A stretch of 64,000 bases of DNA from Mantamonas sphyraenae STR306 (lineage: Eukaryota > Protista > CRuMs), in assembly GCA_026936335.1 (NCBI GenBank), contig JAPMXV010000059.1:62001-126000 (forward strand). The letters are read 5' to 3'. Of the stretch, positions 11,885 through 25,644 are shown piece by piece. The notes under the pieces were generated by a model, which worked only from the letters and a program-made list of their open reading frames with translations, ran no database searches and had not been told where the DNA came from. How positions within the stretch are numbered: the stretch's first letter is position 1; every line of letters begins with the position of its first letter. The position numbers and the translations under genes were made by a program.

Positions 11885-13076
11885 GCCGATTTGTTTGGCT
11901 CGAGCAGCGGGCGGAGGATGCGATGGAACGCCGTATCCCTTTCCCAAATGTCCTTCTCGTTCAGATTGGCCAGGAATCGAACCCACGACTTGGATTCCCA
12001 CAGATGCACTGCATAGTTGTCTGCAAAGTCATACTCGTCAAGCACAAACAGCTCCTCGATCCCTTCCGGTGTCCACAACGGCCAGAAGAACGCCCGTTCA
12101 TGCTCAATGTGGATGTCCCCCGAAGGCGCCGTGGCTGCCAATTGCAACGGCAGTTCCACACTGAAGCCACCCCAGCGTTGGGCGTTGAACCCGCGGTACG
12201 CGTTCAGCCACCGTTGCACAAACGCCCCTCCTCGTTCACTCATCATGATGGCATTGCACAAACCATACTTGCCGCCACGCCCCTCGTGTCCCATCACCAT
12301 GCGATGGGACAGCAGTGGGTCAAACGAGCGCAGCACCACCACGTCCAGATCCAGGTAGATGCCTCCGTACTCACGCAGCGCACGCAGTCGGATCACGTCC
12401 GCACGGTGTGCAAAGTGATCCACTGCACGCCCATACACTCGACTGATCGAATGGATCCGCTTCCTTGTGATCCATCCCTGCACACGCTCCCAGTACTCGC
12501 CCTTTGGCTCGAAGCAGAAATAAAAGTGGATCGCTGAAATTCGACCCTGCCCTGTCAGTCGCACTGGCACCCTCCCCGTTGCACTTGACACCCTCACATG
12601 CACCCACAACCATCCCATGTCGGTTCTCGGATGCACACAACCCATGCGCGACTACTCACCGTCAGGTTTGATGCGCTCGTGCGCCGATTTCACCGCCAGG
12701 TAGTGGAGCAGGCCGAACGGTTTGCCGCCAAAGTCCTCTGCCAGGCCGTACACAAAGTGGACAATCTTGGGTATCCTGGTACGGTTGGAAGACAAGTGCA
12801 CGTCTCCATTCACACTTCTCTCTGTGTCCCTGTGTTCCTGTGGCACGCATACGTGGTCAGTCCGGCAACGCGTGATCATCACACGCTGACACAACCGCGC
12901 GTCATGCCACCCACCCTGTACTCCAGACAGCCTCCTTCCACGTAGGGCATTCCATCACACCCATTGATGGCATGGAAAGCCACACGTTGCATTCCATAGA
13001 ACATCACACTGACATACACCACCAGGAAGACGACATAGTGCCCACAATTCGGTTTCCCTGGCGCCGGGCGATTCAT
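11881..13076 (-). CDS. GT32 (DXD) glycosyltransferase, type II membrane protein (introns 12914-12838, 12659-12534)
   Basis: IPKIVHFVY, ADVIRLRALREYGGIYLDLDV, YAVHLW; N-terminal TM helix; intron phases fit. Confidence 0.85.
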
Positions 13077-13217
13077 TTGGCCTTTACAGTGCGTTCCAAC
13101 AACCCTCATGGATACACATTGTCGCCATGGAGGCAAGGAGTTGTTTGGTGTGGAGCGTGCACAGGTGTGTGTGTGCGTGTGTGTTGGGAAAACAAAGGCA
13201 GATCCTGAAACACACGT

Positions 13218-13825
13218 TCATTCCTTCATGCCAGAAAGGGAGGCAATCAGACTGTCCACGGGGTAAAACCAGAATGTTTGCATGTCTGGAAACTCAACCC
13301 AGTGTTTCCAAGGCATCTTGGAGGCAGGGTAGATGACATGGAGGTGCAGGTGGTCGACCGAGGTGAACGGGGGCACATGGAAGCCCATGCGCACCTCGGT
13401 CACATCCATCTCGCCCCCACCTGTGTCATCCAATCTCTTTTGCAACGCCTCCAAGCCCAGGGTGCGCAGGTGTTGCACCGTGCTGACGTCAGCACGCGTC
13501 AGAACCCCGACATTCTTGGCGTGCGCCTTGGGCACCACCAGCAGGTGCACAGGAGCCACGGGGTGGATGTCATCAAACACAGCCGCCTCTTCCGACTGTG
13601 TGTGCCGACGTGTTAGCCTGTTGCATGGCCATCAACATTCACACGGACATACGAGGAAGGTGGGATGCACACACGCACAAATCACCATACCTGTACCAGC
13701 ACCGGTTGGTCCTCCACCTCCCCATACGCCACCTCACAAAAGATGCATCCCTCCACCCGCGTTGACGACGACGAGCTCTTGTCCTCCACCCCTTCCCCCT
13801 GTTCCCCGCCTTCCTTGGTCGACAT
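13218..13825 (-). CDS. HIT-family nucleotide hydrolase (HINT3-like; intron 13690-13596)
   Basis: CIFC in exon 1, DIHPVAPVHLLVVPK, GFHVPPFTSVDHLHLHVI. Confidence 0.85.
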
Positions 13826-13932
13826 CGAGCTGGGGGACGTCGCGCACCAATGGCCCGATCATGGAGACAGAGTCGCACTGTTGTTGGTGTGCCACCCACA
13901 GCGCACAATGGACAACCACAAACACAGACACA

Positions 13933-16056
13933 CACACACACACAATGTCGTAGGGAAGCATCCAATGCATTTCCTTCCCCGTCTCTCTTCCTTTCCCTTT
14001 CCATCCACTCATCCTCCCCGTCTCCTGTCTCCGTGCTTACATCTCCAGCGTCTTGGCCTGCTCCCAGGTAAAGTCCGCATCGTCGTCCCGGCCAAAGTGA
14101 CCATAGCATGCCGTCTTGAGGTAGCGAGGGCGACGCAGGTCCAGTTCCTTCACAATCGCACCGGGGCGCAGATCAAAGTTCTTGGCCACAATCTCCATCA
14201 CCTCCTTGTTCGTCTTGGTGCCAGTGCCATACATGTCCACAAACATCGACAGAGGCTCCGCCACGCCAATCGCATACGACACCTGGAACAGGCAGCGACG
14301 GCACAGACCAGCTGCCACAAGCGACTTGGCCACCCAGCGTGCCGCATACGCTGCACTGCGGTCCACCTTGGACGGGTCCTTGCCCGAGAACGCTCCGCCA
14401 CCGTGCGCTCCCCATCCGCCGTACGTGTCAATGATGATCTTGCGACCCGTCAGACCCGCATCGCCCTGCGGTCCACCAATCACAAACTTTCCACTCGGGT
14501 TCAGATGGTACACCGTCTTGTCATCGATCCACTTGCCACACACAGGCTCAATCACCGCCTTCATCAGATCCTCCTTGATCTGCTCCTGCTCCACGTCGTC
14601 CGTGTGCTGCGTCGAAATCAACACAGTGTGCACACGCTGCGGCACCATCGCTCCGTTCTCGTTCAGGTACTCCACCACAACCTGCGTCTTGCCATCCGGA
14701 AGCACCCATGCAAGCTCTCCGCTCTTGCGCACCTCCGTCAGCTTCTTGCCCAGAGACGTCGCCAGCATGTGCGACAGAGGCATCAGCTCGGGCGTCTCAT
14801 CCGACGCATACCCAAACATGTGACCCTGGTCACCGGCTCCCAGGTCGTCGTCGTCACGGCCCACGTGCACACCCTGTGCAATGTCCGGAGACTGCTCCTC
14901 AATCGCCACAAGCACGTTGCACGTGTAAAAGTCGAATCCCTTTGTCGACGAATCGTATCCGATCTCCTTGATCGTGTTGCGCACAATGCGCTGGTAGTCC
15001 AGGTTCGCCGTCGTCGTGATCTCGCCAAACACCATGATCATTCCTGTCTTGGTGCACGTCTCACACGCCACCTTGCTGTACGGATCCTCAGCCAGGCATG
15101 CATCCAGGATCGAGTCCGAGATCTGATCGCAGATCTTGTCCGGATGGCCTTCGTTCACAGACTCGCTGGAGAAGAGGAAAGTCTCGCCGTTGCTGGACAC
15201 TGAACGGAGTGTCACACATGGTCAAACACACACACACACACACGTGTCAGTGCTTCCATGGAAGAGGCACGCCAATGTAAATGGGAGAAACAAAAACAGA
15301 AATCAGACACAGACAGACTCGTGGGGTGCCACCAAACGGTGGGATCCGGAACCTGGACTCTGCTCTCTCCTCATGCACCCTGTCCTTTCGACCTTGCCCA
15401 CGCCATGCACACAGCCCATCCTGCTCCCTCATTCCCACCACACATGTCCTCCGTCCCTCTTCTCCCCATCCACATGTATGGTGCATCCCCTCCGCCTCTC
15501 CCTGCTCCACACACCCGCTGCAAACACGCGACGCCGGAAAATTAATCCCCGCTCTGTGCACGCACGTCAAAAAGAGGAGCCACGTCGACACGCCGCCCTC
15601 CCTCACATGCACATCCTCCATTCACACGGGCCAATCCATCCATCCATCCACACATGCCCCTCTCCTTTCCCCCCATGCATCTGTGTCCTCATGTGCATCT
15701 CCCCATACGTCTCCGCTCCCGTCACAACGGACACCTTGCGCTCGCGCATGTCACACACCGCCGTCCCCGACAGCTCGCACATCCATGCACATCGCACGAC
15801 CCCTGCTCTCCTCCACATCCTCCCATCCCGTCTCCTCTCTGCAAATCTCTCCTCCATGTCGTGTGAAGCAACGGTGGAGAGGTGGGGGGGGGGGGGGGTA
15901 GGCAAGGAAAAAGTGGCAGGCGTTGCCATTCACAAAAAACGCACTCTTTGAATTTTTTGAAGTTGGGTTTTTGTCAGAATTGGGGTGGGTGGGTGCGGGC
16001 ATGGCACCACACATTGCACTCATCGTGCGTACACCCACACACATGCATTGACGATA
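13933..16056. repeat. Left arm of a ~2.1 kb inverted repeat (partner 28847-30966) containing the whole MAT gene
   Basis: Near-identical reverse complement across CDS, intron, upstream and downstream flanks. Confidence 0.92.
14037..15945 (-). CDS. MAT: S-adenosylmethionine synthetase copy 1 (A of ATG at 15945, intron 15944-15200, exon 2 15199-14037)
   Basis: [25 protein letters not shown] signatures; splicing gives [14 protein letters not shown]. Confidence 0.95.
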
Positions 16057-16142
16057 CGCATGGGCCCTGTGTACAGCGCATGCGTTCTGTGTGGAGGGAG
16101 GAAACAAGTTCCTGACTCGTCTGCGCGCAGGCAGGCACCGAA

Positions 16143-16747
16143 ATGTCGTCCGAGAACAGCAACGCAATCCCCATTGGTGGCTCGAACAAGCTCAGTGCCA
16201 AGCACGATGACCTGTCGTTCTCCACCTCTGTGGGCGGCACGTTGTATGCCACCACCCCGGGTGGCACGCGACTCGTGTACAGCAGCGAGGCACTGATGCA
16301 GTACTCCAAGTCTCCCCTGGCTCGCACTCCGCCTGCCGGCATGGCAGACATCCCGGGCGTCACCATTACAGACAAGACGGAGCAGAGCAACTCGGAAGAG
16401 ACCCAAATCGAATCCAAGGTGCGTTCCGTTTTTCCACACGGGAGAGGTCCGCGCCAAATCGGCCTCCTCCTGTAGCCCACTATGTCCTTATGGACCATGC
16501 CATGTGCCTGTGGTACACCCGCATGTGTCCTCCATACCATATTGTGCCGTTTTGTGCGTCCTACGCCTCCCGTCTGTTGCCACATGTGGCTGTACATGCG
16601 TGTGCTTCCAAAGGGAGGGTGGCTCCCCGCCGCTGCTGCGGATTTCCACACGGGTCGACGCTGACACAATGCCAACAGGAGGAGGAAACAGAAGAGACGA
16701 CGACAGAGAGCCACGAGGATGAATCGATGTTTGAGCTGGAAGAATGA
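16143..16747 (+). CDS. EIF4EBP: eIF4E-binding protein (4E-BP; intron 16419-16678)
   Basis: GGTLYATTPGGTRLVYSSEALM (YxxxxL-phi motif), SPLARTPP, N-terminal AIP, C-terminal TOS-like FELEE. Confidence 0.85.
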
Positions 16748-16840
16748 TGTGTGCGCGTATGCCACCAGCCACCAACAAAGCAAAGCTGCGCCCCCCCGCC
16801 CCACCTTGTTCGTTTGTCGTTCCATCAACCCCAAAGTCGG

Positions 16841-18590
16841 ATGAGTGTCTTGTTGCAGACCTCGCTGGGCGATCTCACGGTGGATTTGTACCATGAGGAG
16901 TGTCCGCTGGCATGCAAGAATTTCGTCAAGCTGTGCAAGGTGAAATACTACAACAACTGCCTGTTCTTCAACGTCCAAAAGGACTATCTCGTCCAGGCAG
17001 GCGATCCCACAAACTCGGGTTCCGGTGGCAGTAGTGTGTACAGGTCAGTGCGGTGGGGAAGGGAGGGGGAGGGCAAAGGACCATCACATACCTACCCTTG
17101 CATGGAATTGCCTAAGCGCGGAGAGTCCTGCCCGGAATGTCGGAATGTGGGCAGGTGATCACTCGTTCCAATCAATCATCATGGGCTTTCACACTCACAC
17201 TCATCACAGCATGCTGTATGGAGAACAAGCAAAGTACTTTGAGGATGAAATCCACATGGACCTGAAATGGGACACCAAGGGTCTTGTGGGCATGGCACAC
17301 GCAAACGGGCAGCCAAACACAAACGGCTCGCAGTTCTTTGTGACCACACGGGCTCAGGACCTGGAGGCACTGGACGACAAGTACACCCTGTTTGGGGAAG
17401 TCACCGAAGAATCACTGCCAGTGTTGGACAAGATCAACGAGGCGTACACGGACGAACAGGGCAAACCGTACCAGAACATCCGCATCAAGCACACCTACGT
17501 CCTCGTCGACCCGTTTCCAGACCCTCCGGGCCTCGTGGTGCCCACACGCTCCCCGTCACCCGTAGTGCACCAGGACGACGTGCGTCTGGATGACACTGTC
17601 GATGTCACCGTGCAGGACGACCGTCCTGCGGAGGAGGTGGAACGCGAAAAGGCGGAATCCGAGGCGGCCTCCCGCGCTCAGGTGCTGGAAATGATCGGTG
17701 ACCTGCCCTTTGCCGACATCCGTCCGCCAGACAACGTGCTGTTTGTGTGCAAGCTGAACCCGGTGACCCGTGACGAGGACCTGGAGATCATCTTTAGTCG
17801 CTTCGGGGAGATCAAGTCCTGCGAGGTCATCCGCGACGCAAAGACGCACGAGTCGCTGCAGTACGCATTCATTGAGTTTGCACAAGTCAAGGATTGTGAA
17901 CGGGCATATCTCAAGATGGACAATGTGCTCATCGACGATCGCCGCATCCACGTCGACTTTTCACAGAGTGTCAGCAAGTGGCAAAAGTTCTATCTCAACT
18001 CAAACATGGCTCGCAAGCAATGGAACAACATGAAGGGTGCGCAGGGTCAACAGCAGCAGCCGCCCGATCGATTCAAGCTCAAGAACCAAACCCCGAACAA
18101 CAACGGCAACTTTGATCTTGTTTTCGACCATCCACCTGCCCAGCAGCACGGCATGCAACCGCAGAGCACAACCACATCCACAACTACAACAACTGCAACC
18201 ACCACGTCCGCCTCACACCCATCCTCCAGTGTCGATGCAGACTCGTATGTCCCGGAGGGAGAAACGCGCAGTGATCGTCGTCGCAACGACAACGACCGGC
18301 ATCGGCACAGGGACAGGGACAGAAACGAGCACAGGCATCATCATAGGCACCATCACCACCACAGGCATCACCGCGACGATAGGGATAGGGACAGGGATCG
18401 TCATCGGGATCGTCGTGATCGGAGTGACGAGAGGAGGCACAGCCACCATCACCGCGATCGTAGGGACGAACGGCGGCAGCATCGTCACGATGAGAACGGG
18501 CATGGGGACGGGTACAGCCAGCACCATGCAAAGCGTGATCGACAAGACGATTGGGACCGGGAACGGGAAGCCAAGCGAAGCCGGGTGTGA
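16841..18590 (+). CDS. PPIL4: Cyclophilin-RRM protein PPIL4/CYP59 (intron 17044-17209)
   Basis: MSVLLQTSLGDLTVDLY, NFVKLCKVKYYN, NGSQFF, RRM NVLFVCKLNPVT...NVLIDDRRIHVDFSQS, RD/H-rich tail. Confidence 0.92.
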
Positions 18591-18620
18591 ATGAACAGAA
18601 CCTGTCAATACTCCCGTTTG

Positions 18621-21600
18621 CTACAGCTTGAGTTCCACTTCCATCACATTCTCAACTTCTTGCAACACACTCAGGGCCGTGTTGAGTTCGCGTCGCAACT
18701 TGGTGCGCTCGAAAAACAAGGGACACTGCAACGACGTACACGGTACGTCGTACTGGATGCCGTTGCCCATGCACACACGACACAGCTCCATCACCTTGTT
18801 CAGGCTCATGTCCAGGTCACGCACGCGGCGCATGATCGTCAGCATGGCTCGCTGCGGGTTGGATCGACACGATGCACACAACGTCTCCTTGGTCTGTTGG
18901 AAGCACAGCGGACAATGGGAACTGGTAAAAAACTGGTCAATGGTCTGCTTGCGTGGCGACGACGACGATGATGACGATGATGACGAGGAAGACTCTTCGC
19001 CGCCTGCTGCTGCCATCTGGCCGCGGAACGTCCAAAAGGCCTGCTGTTTGAGATTGACTCGGCTGTGAGGCATCTCGTCGTACCAAGCCTGGATGTCGGC
19101 TCCCATGAGGTTGAACAGGCGTGCCAGCGACGGGATGATCTGTTTGGTGATGTAGTAGGTGCCGTGGAGCTGCAGGGCAGGGTTGGCAAGCAGCTCGTGT
19201 GGTGACACGACGAGGTCGATCAGACGGGAGTTGGGGCCACCGTACACAACCACGTACGGCACACGCTCGCCACGCTTGGGCACGGCGCGGCGGTCGCGAC
19301 GAAGGGCCTTTTTGCTGACAATGGCTCCGGGCGGGAGGTTTGGTCCACGGTAGGAACCCCAGCGCACCTCTTTGGCAAACACAAAGTCCATCACGTTGAC
19401 ACGCGCACTGTGGATGCGCTTCCACTGACGCTGCAGGTAGGATTTGACCAGCGACAGGTCCTTGGTGGTGAAAATGAGCCGGATGCACTTTTCCATCATC
19501 TTTGCTACCGCCGGACATGTGTCACGTCGCACCGTCTCGATGCCCTTGGCGTCAAACTCGGGCTCCTTCTGTTCGGGCGTCTCGTACATGAAGCCCACGT
19601 AGCGTTTCTTGGTGGCCAGGATGCATGGGTGGTAGATCTTCTCAAACTTGAGCTTGACAGGCTTGGGATTGGCGGCGGTGACCCGATCGGCAATCCCGTG
19701 GGCAATCACAAAGGCTTCGTCGCGTGATACGCCTGGAAACTCGATAAAGAGGGAGTCTGTGTCGCCGTAGATGACGCGTGCGTGAGGTGTCTCGTGCACC
19801 ACAGCCATGGCGTTCTCCAACGACATGCGTCCACTCTGCACAATGGCATCCGCAATGTCGATGCACGGCATGCGTCCACTGAAGCTGGCCGACGTGTAGC
19901 CGTAGGTGACGTTGGCCAGCAGCTTGAGACCCAACTGCCTTGCATCCAGCATGCGATACAACGCCATGTTCTCCCGCTTGGCCTTGCGCATTCCCTTCTT
20001 CACCATGATGCGTGTGGACAGCACCTCTCGCAGCATGCGAGGCAAGAAGCCTGCACGCACACTCGGTTTCGTAAACATGACAGAGTTGGGCGAGGCGTGC
20101 ACGTGCGACGCCAGCGAGGCAAGCGTGCCCGGAGGAATGTGCAGACGCGTGCTGCCAAACTCTTTGGTGTCATCCTCGTCCGTGGGCATCACGCGACCCA
20201 GGCATGTGCTGTAGCAGTAGTTGTAGGCAATGATCTGGGACGGGTACAGGGATTGAAAGTCCAGCACCGCCACCGGGTTGCTGTACAGCTTGGATTGCGG
20301 CTCCATAATCATCGGGATGCACTCAGCTGCCTTTTGACCCGCCACCTGCTCGGGACTGGGCGACAGCATGACGTAGTTGCGCGGCTTGGACATACGCAGC
20401 ATCATCGACTCGACACGATACTGGGATCCTCGCGAAATCACAGAGAAAAAGTCGATGCCAAACAGACGTGCCATTTCCGACGTGCGGCCAACCAGGTTCA
20501 CCTGTTGCATCAGTTCCAGGTTGATCTGTGCATGTTCCAGCACCGTCAACACGGCCCGATGTCGCATGGAGCCGCTTTTCCACCACGCTTGCATCGTGCG
20601 CATCGGCACAAAGGGGATGCGTCGGTGCAGGATGTGGTACACCACGTTTTGTCGCGTGTATATCGTCAGTGCCACCTCCTTGCGCATGATGCGCCAGATG
20701 TTGATCACGGCCCGCCCAGCTAGGTTCAGGCCGCTCTGGTGCTCGAATCCGTACTCGTCCTTGTTGCGATCAAAGTGTGCGTGCAGCGACTGCACCCTGC
20801 TGAGGGCGTCCGGCAGGTTGGCGTACGTGTGTTCCCGTGCCTTGCTGGACCAGTACCGCCTGTGATTTGCTTCGTGCCGCGCAGCCTGCGACGCTGTAAA
20901 TGTGTCCGAGTCGCTGCGTCGCATGGTGGTCGACTGTGACATTTGACCTCCGCCAGACTTGGACGCCTGCTGTGCTTGCCGAGGTTGCTGTGGACTCTGT
21001 TTGGGAATGCCATTGGGAAACAAGACCTCTGCTCGCTCGCACAGATAGCCTAGCGAACTTGTTTGCACCTCGTAGCCCACCATGATGTCTGGGTCGTGTG
21101 CTTGCACCACACGGATAAAGAACATAAACAGCTCCTTCTCGTTTGCTGCGTGGATGACCTCCATCTGCGTGCGCGGAAAGCCGCTGCTGAATCCCAGCTC
21201 GTCGCGCAGCAGCAGCACACCGTGGTGGTCCATGCTCACGTCGTCGCGTTCCACCATGTCGTCGTCGCACACACAGAAGCAGATGGCCAGCACGCGGTCG
21301 TATGCAGGATCGGGCAGCAGATGGTCTGCGCCTCGCTTCTGCTCCGCCGCCATGACACGCTCGCGCACGCGCCCAAACGAGTCTGTGCTCACATACTTGC
21401 GCGTCTCTGTCAGAATCTCTACACTCATCACACTCAGGTGCTGATTGACGTTCACCTGCGCCAAGGGCAACTCGGCGGCGGGACTGAACGCAAACGCATA
21501 CGAGTTCAGTGGCGTGGCGCCTTGCACACGCGACATTGTCGTTGCCATCCCGCCGCCCATCCCACTGCCCGTACTCGTACTGTCACCTCCGTTGCTGCTG

Positions 21601-24600
21601 TTGCCTCCCGTGTGTCCGCTGCTACTCTGCTGGGCTGCCTTGGATCCCGACGGCGCCGCCGCCGACGTCGACGCGTACGCACGTGCTGAATGGCCATGGT
21701 GCAACACACGCACATCTAACTTGGCTTGGTAGCTGTCGTACTTTGGTGATGGGATACGCAAGGGAATGTCATCGTCGCCGTCGCCGTCGTCGTCGTCGTC
21801 ATTGTCGCTGTCCTCCGCTTGACTCAGTCCCGATTCCATGAACCCCGGATCTCCGTCGTCGTGGATACCGATGGGGTTGGCCCCACTTCCATATCGACTG
21901 CGCGTATCACCATCCATGTCTCCCATGTCCCGAGGCGGGTGGCGCTTGAGCCATGCCAGCACGGTGTTGGTGCTTGGCGGAGGGCGCCACGGACGCAAGG
22001 CCACGTTGTACGACACCTTGCGTCCGCGCTCACGCTGTACCCGTGCATATCGGCGTCGGTTGCGTGTCGGGTGTACCTTGCTTTTAGCTGGCCTGCCGTT
22101 GGCGATGTCCTGCTGAAAGTCCGGCAGTGATTCGATGCCCAGCGTGCCAATGTCAAACTCCAGGCCGCCAAACATCTTGGGTTCACGTGGAACGTCGTCG
22201 AGGCGTGAGTAGTACACGTCCTGGTGGACCACTCGGTCCACGCCAAGCTCGTCCATGCTCGCCTCCAGCTCCTTCCAAGTCGGAGCGGCTCTGGGAGGCT
22301 GCAACACAATTGTCCTTTGCTCTGCAGTGCCTTCCACCACTTCCATGGACGACGACGACATCATACTTGCCTGCTGGCTTTCCCGTTCCAGGTCCATCTT
22401 GCTGCTCTTGGTCATCTCTTCCTGACTATCGTTGTGGTCTTCCACCACAGACTGCGTGCCCTCCTCCTCCTCCTCCTCCTCCTCCTGAGCTCCTCTTTCC
22501 GGTTCCTGTGTCTCGTAGATCACATCCTCAGCCTCTGTTTCTTCCTCGGTTTCCATCTGCACGTGTTTCTGAGCCCGCATGCTCGCCATGCTTCGATCCA
22601 CCTCCAACAGTGCCATCCGCGCACGGGCTCTGATCGCTGCTTCGTTCTGCAGCAACACCACCATGTCTTCTTCTTCCTCTTCTTCATGTTCCTCCTCTTC
22701 TTCCTTCAAATGAATGTCTTCCTCGCTTTCGTTCCCATGTTCTTCCTCGTCTTCTTCCTCGTCCTCGTCCTCGTCCTCCTCATCCTCATCGTCCGATTCC
22801 TTCACATACAACGTGGCCACCCTTGCCTGGCGTCGCGTGCGCCCTCGTGTCGTCCCTTGGCTACGTTCCAACACTTTGATGTCCATGTTCCCGTCCTCCT
22901 CCTCCTCCTCCTCTCCTTCCTCTTCCACATCCCCTTCGTCTTCCCGCTTCCGCTTCCGCTTCCGCTCCAGCTTCTCTTCATACTTTGGAACACCTTTCTC
23001 TTGCTCTTCTCCGGCCAGCGGGAGGGCATTCAGCCGTTTGGTGCGCGCGTGCCTCAGCTGCCGCTCTGACATGCGCACCTCAAACTTTTTGCCTTTGTAC
23101 GACATCTGCAACGTCGTTTTAGTCTTTTTCTGTGTGCGACGCGACCGTGTGCGCAGACCTTTACGAGTGCCTTGCATGTCTGGCTGCCTTGTTGCTTTCA
23201 CCTTCTTGCTGCTACTCCGGCTTTCCTGGAACGCATCCTCGTCGGTGTCCGAATGCCCTCCTGCGACCGTCACAACCACAGGCACCTTTCTCTTTGATCC
23301 CCTTGCCTGCCTGCCCTTGCTGCTGCTCGTTGTTTTCCTCCGCTTGCTTCGCCTCGGCTGCACACGTGTCTTGACAGGACTCGCAAAGTCTTCGTCGTCG
23401 TTCGGTCCGTCATCGCCACCGCCACCTCCGGCCCCATCAAACTGCGGGATCCCACCTTGTGCGTCTTCCTTTTCGTACCTCACCTCAACCGGCGTCTTCT
23501 TTTGCGACGCCGCGTGCCCCTCTGCAGACAGGATCACCTGTGATGCAGCCATCAGATCCTGCAACTCTTGCTGTTCCCTTCGTTCTGTGTTTTCATCCTC
23601 CACGTCCGCTCCTGCTGCATCCTCCTCGTCCGTCAACGTGCCCTGCTCCTCCCGCATCCACTCCAGGATGTCCAAAAGATCTTGATCCACCTCCGGTGTC
23701 CCCGAATCGGCACGTGTTCCCATACGATCTCCCTGCGACGCCATGGCCTTGTCCACATCCACCTCCTCCTGCGACAACTCGCTCAGCTGTTGCGACAGAT
23801 CCGAAGCCCCTCGATCCAGCCCCGGTGGTCCGTCCTCGCCTTCCTCCTCTTCCACATCATCATGTTGGCTCTCGACATCCATGGCCATGTGCTGGCTGCC
23901 GCGCCTGCGAAAGGAAAACTGTACGCCTTCGCCTCCCTCACGCATCCGTCTCGCCTCCTCCTGCTCGGCTGCGTGCATGCCCATCCGCGGCAACACCACA
24001 AACTGCGACTGCTGCTGGCTGTACGCCTGACTTCCTTGCCACGACGACACACGCGCAGGCGACGGCAGGTTGCCCTCGTCGCGCAAGAACATGTTGGTGT
24101 CGTACGACAGCGGAGCATTCCACGGCAACTCGGTCGATGACTCGGGCGACTTGGGTTCACCTTCGTGTAGGATGGAGGAGCTCTCCTCGTCACCACCATC
24201 TCGCCCGAGCGCCTCGAGATACAGCCTATCCTCGTCCACAAGCTCCCGCATGTTCTCCTGAACATATGTCATCTGGTCTGACAGCGACACGTACGCGCCG
24301 TTGTCCTGCGAGTCTCCCACCTGCACCTCGATGGGGTTCAGCTCCTGGCTGGCCAGCTGGCTAGCTTGTTCTTGCGCTCGCCGCTGCTTCTCCTCCTCCC
24401 ACAGGGGCGCCAACGACGGAATCACCCATCCTTCTGTGCGAGCTCCCAACGGCTGCCGATTAATTTCCAGCCGGTTCAGGATATCGTCTGCCAGTGCATC
24501 CACCTCCAGGCTCGTCACCGGCATGTTGCGTTGATGCCGCGGCGCTGTCCGCGCGTCCATCAACATGTGCTGCGGCACGGTGCCCTCCAACCACACCATG

Positions 24601-25644
24601 TTCAGCAGTTGCATTTGGCTGAGCCCCCTGCTCAGGTCTGCTTCGCCCAGGCTGTCTGCAGTCAGGCGTTGGGCCACATCCACCTGCAAGCTGTACTTCA
24701 GCCGAGCGGGCATCGGTTGCCGGAAGCGTACCGTGCTAAAGTTGGCAAAACCCATGCCGTAAATGTTGTTGTCAATAAAGAGCTGCAACAGGTACGGAAT
24801 GTGTGCCTCGTACGGTTGGAACTGCGTGGAGAACACCGCTCCGCTGCGCAACAGGTTGGCAATCCGGCTCAGGTGCGTCGGATTGAACACATAGATCTTT
24901 AGGAAGAAGCGCTCTTTGTCATGGTACCCGTAGAACGGCGTCCCGCGTACAAGGACAATCTTGAAGATTTCTGGCCTGTGCTTCGTCTGCAGAAACTGTT
25001 GCAGCGCTGCCGGATCCTCGAGATCCACCGTGCCTCCTCCGCCGCGAAGCTGCAGCTTCCCGTCGCTTGCCCCGCCGCTTGCCTCGCCCGGATTGCGCAC
25101 TACCATGTTGTTGGCCATAATCATTGCCTTTTCTATGGCCAGTCCCAGCTTCCAGATGTATCGTTCGACGTCGTCTTCGCGCAGCGGGACGTGCGACGGC
25201 AGCGGCACAAACAAGTACGGAAACACCCTGTGCAGATGCACACAGGTCTTCTGGCCGACGGGGGTCGACCCAAATAGACGGATCACAGGCACTTCCTTCA
25301 GTTCCATTCCTGTCATCGGACTCACCGTCACGTCCAGACCCTGTGGGTGTCGCACAAAGGTGAGCGATTCGCTCGCCAGGTGTCAGGAACCTTGTCGTTC
25401 GACTCCCGCACGCGTCCCAAACACGCACCGCAATCGGTTTGGCCATATAAAAGTCGTGGCTGACCACGCGCACCGCAAACACAGGATTGGGCATGTCGGC
25501 CACACTCATGGACGCCGTCAGCGTCCGAGTTTGATCCTCCTCGTCACCCAGTTCGTCAACGCCTCGACTGTTGCTGCTGCTGCTGCTGGCCTGTGATGCC
25601 TGCGAGCGCACCTGGTGCTGGTGTTGAGCACGACGGCTGCTCAT
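18621..25644 (-). CDS. REV3: DNA polymerase zeta catalytic subunit (intron 25428-25341; start could be 25644 or a later ATG)
   Basis: SRGSQYRVES, LDFQSLYPS, KLLANVTYGY, YGDTDSLF, C-terminal Cys clusters; N-terminal GQKTCVHLHRVFPY. Confidence 0.93.

Noticed and set aside
15721-15745. GTCACAACGG resembling the bacterial SAM/SAH riboswitch 5' segment
   Set aside because: Antisense to the MAT transcript and lacks the rest of the motif; a chance 10-mer
15136-15951. His/Pro-rich ORFs inside the MAT introns, duplicated at 28952-29804
   Set aside because: Low-complexity translations whose frames differ between the two copies because of indels
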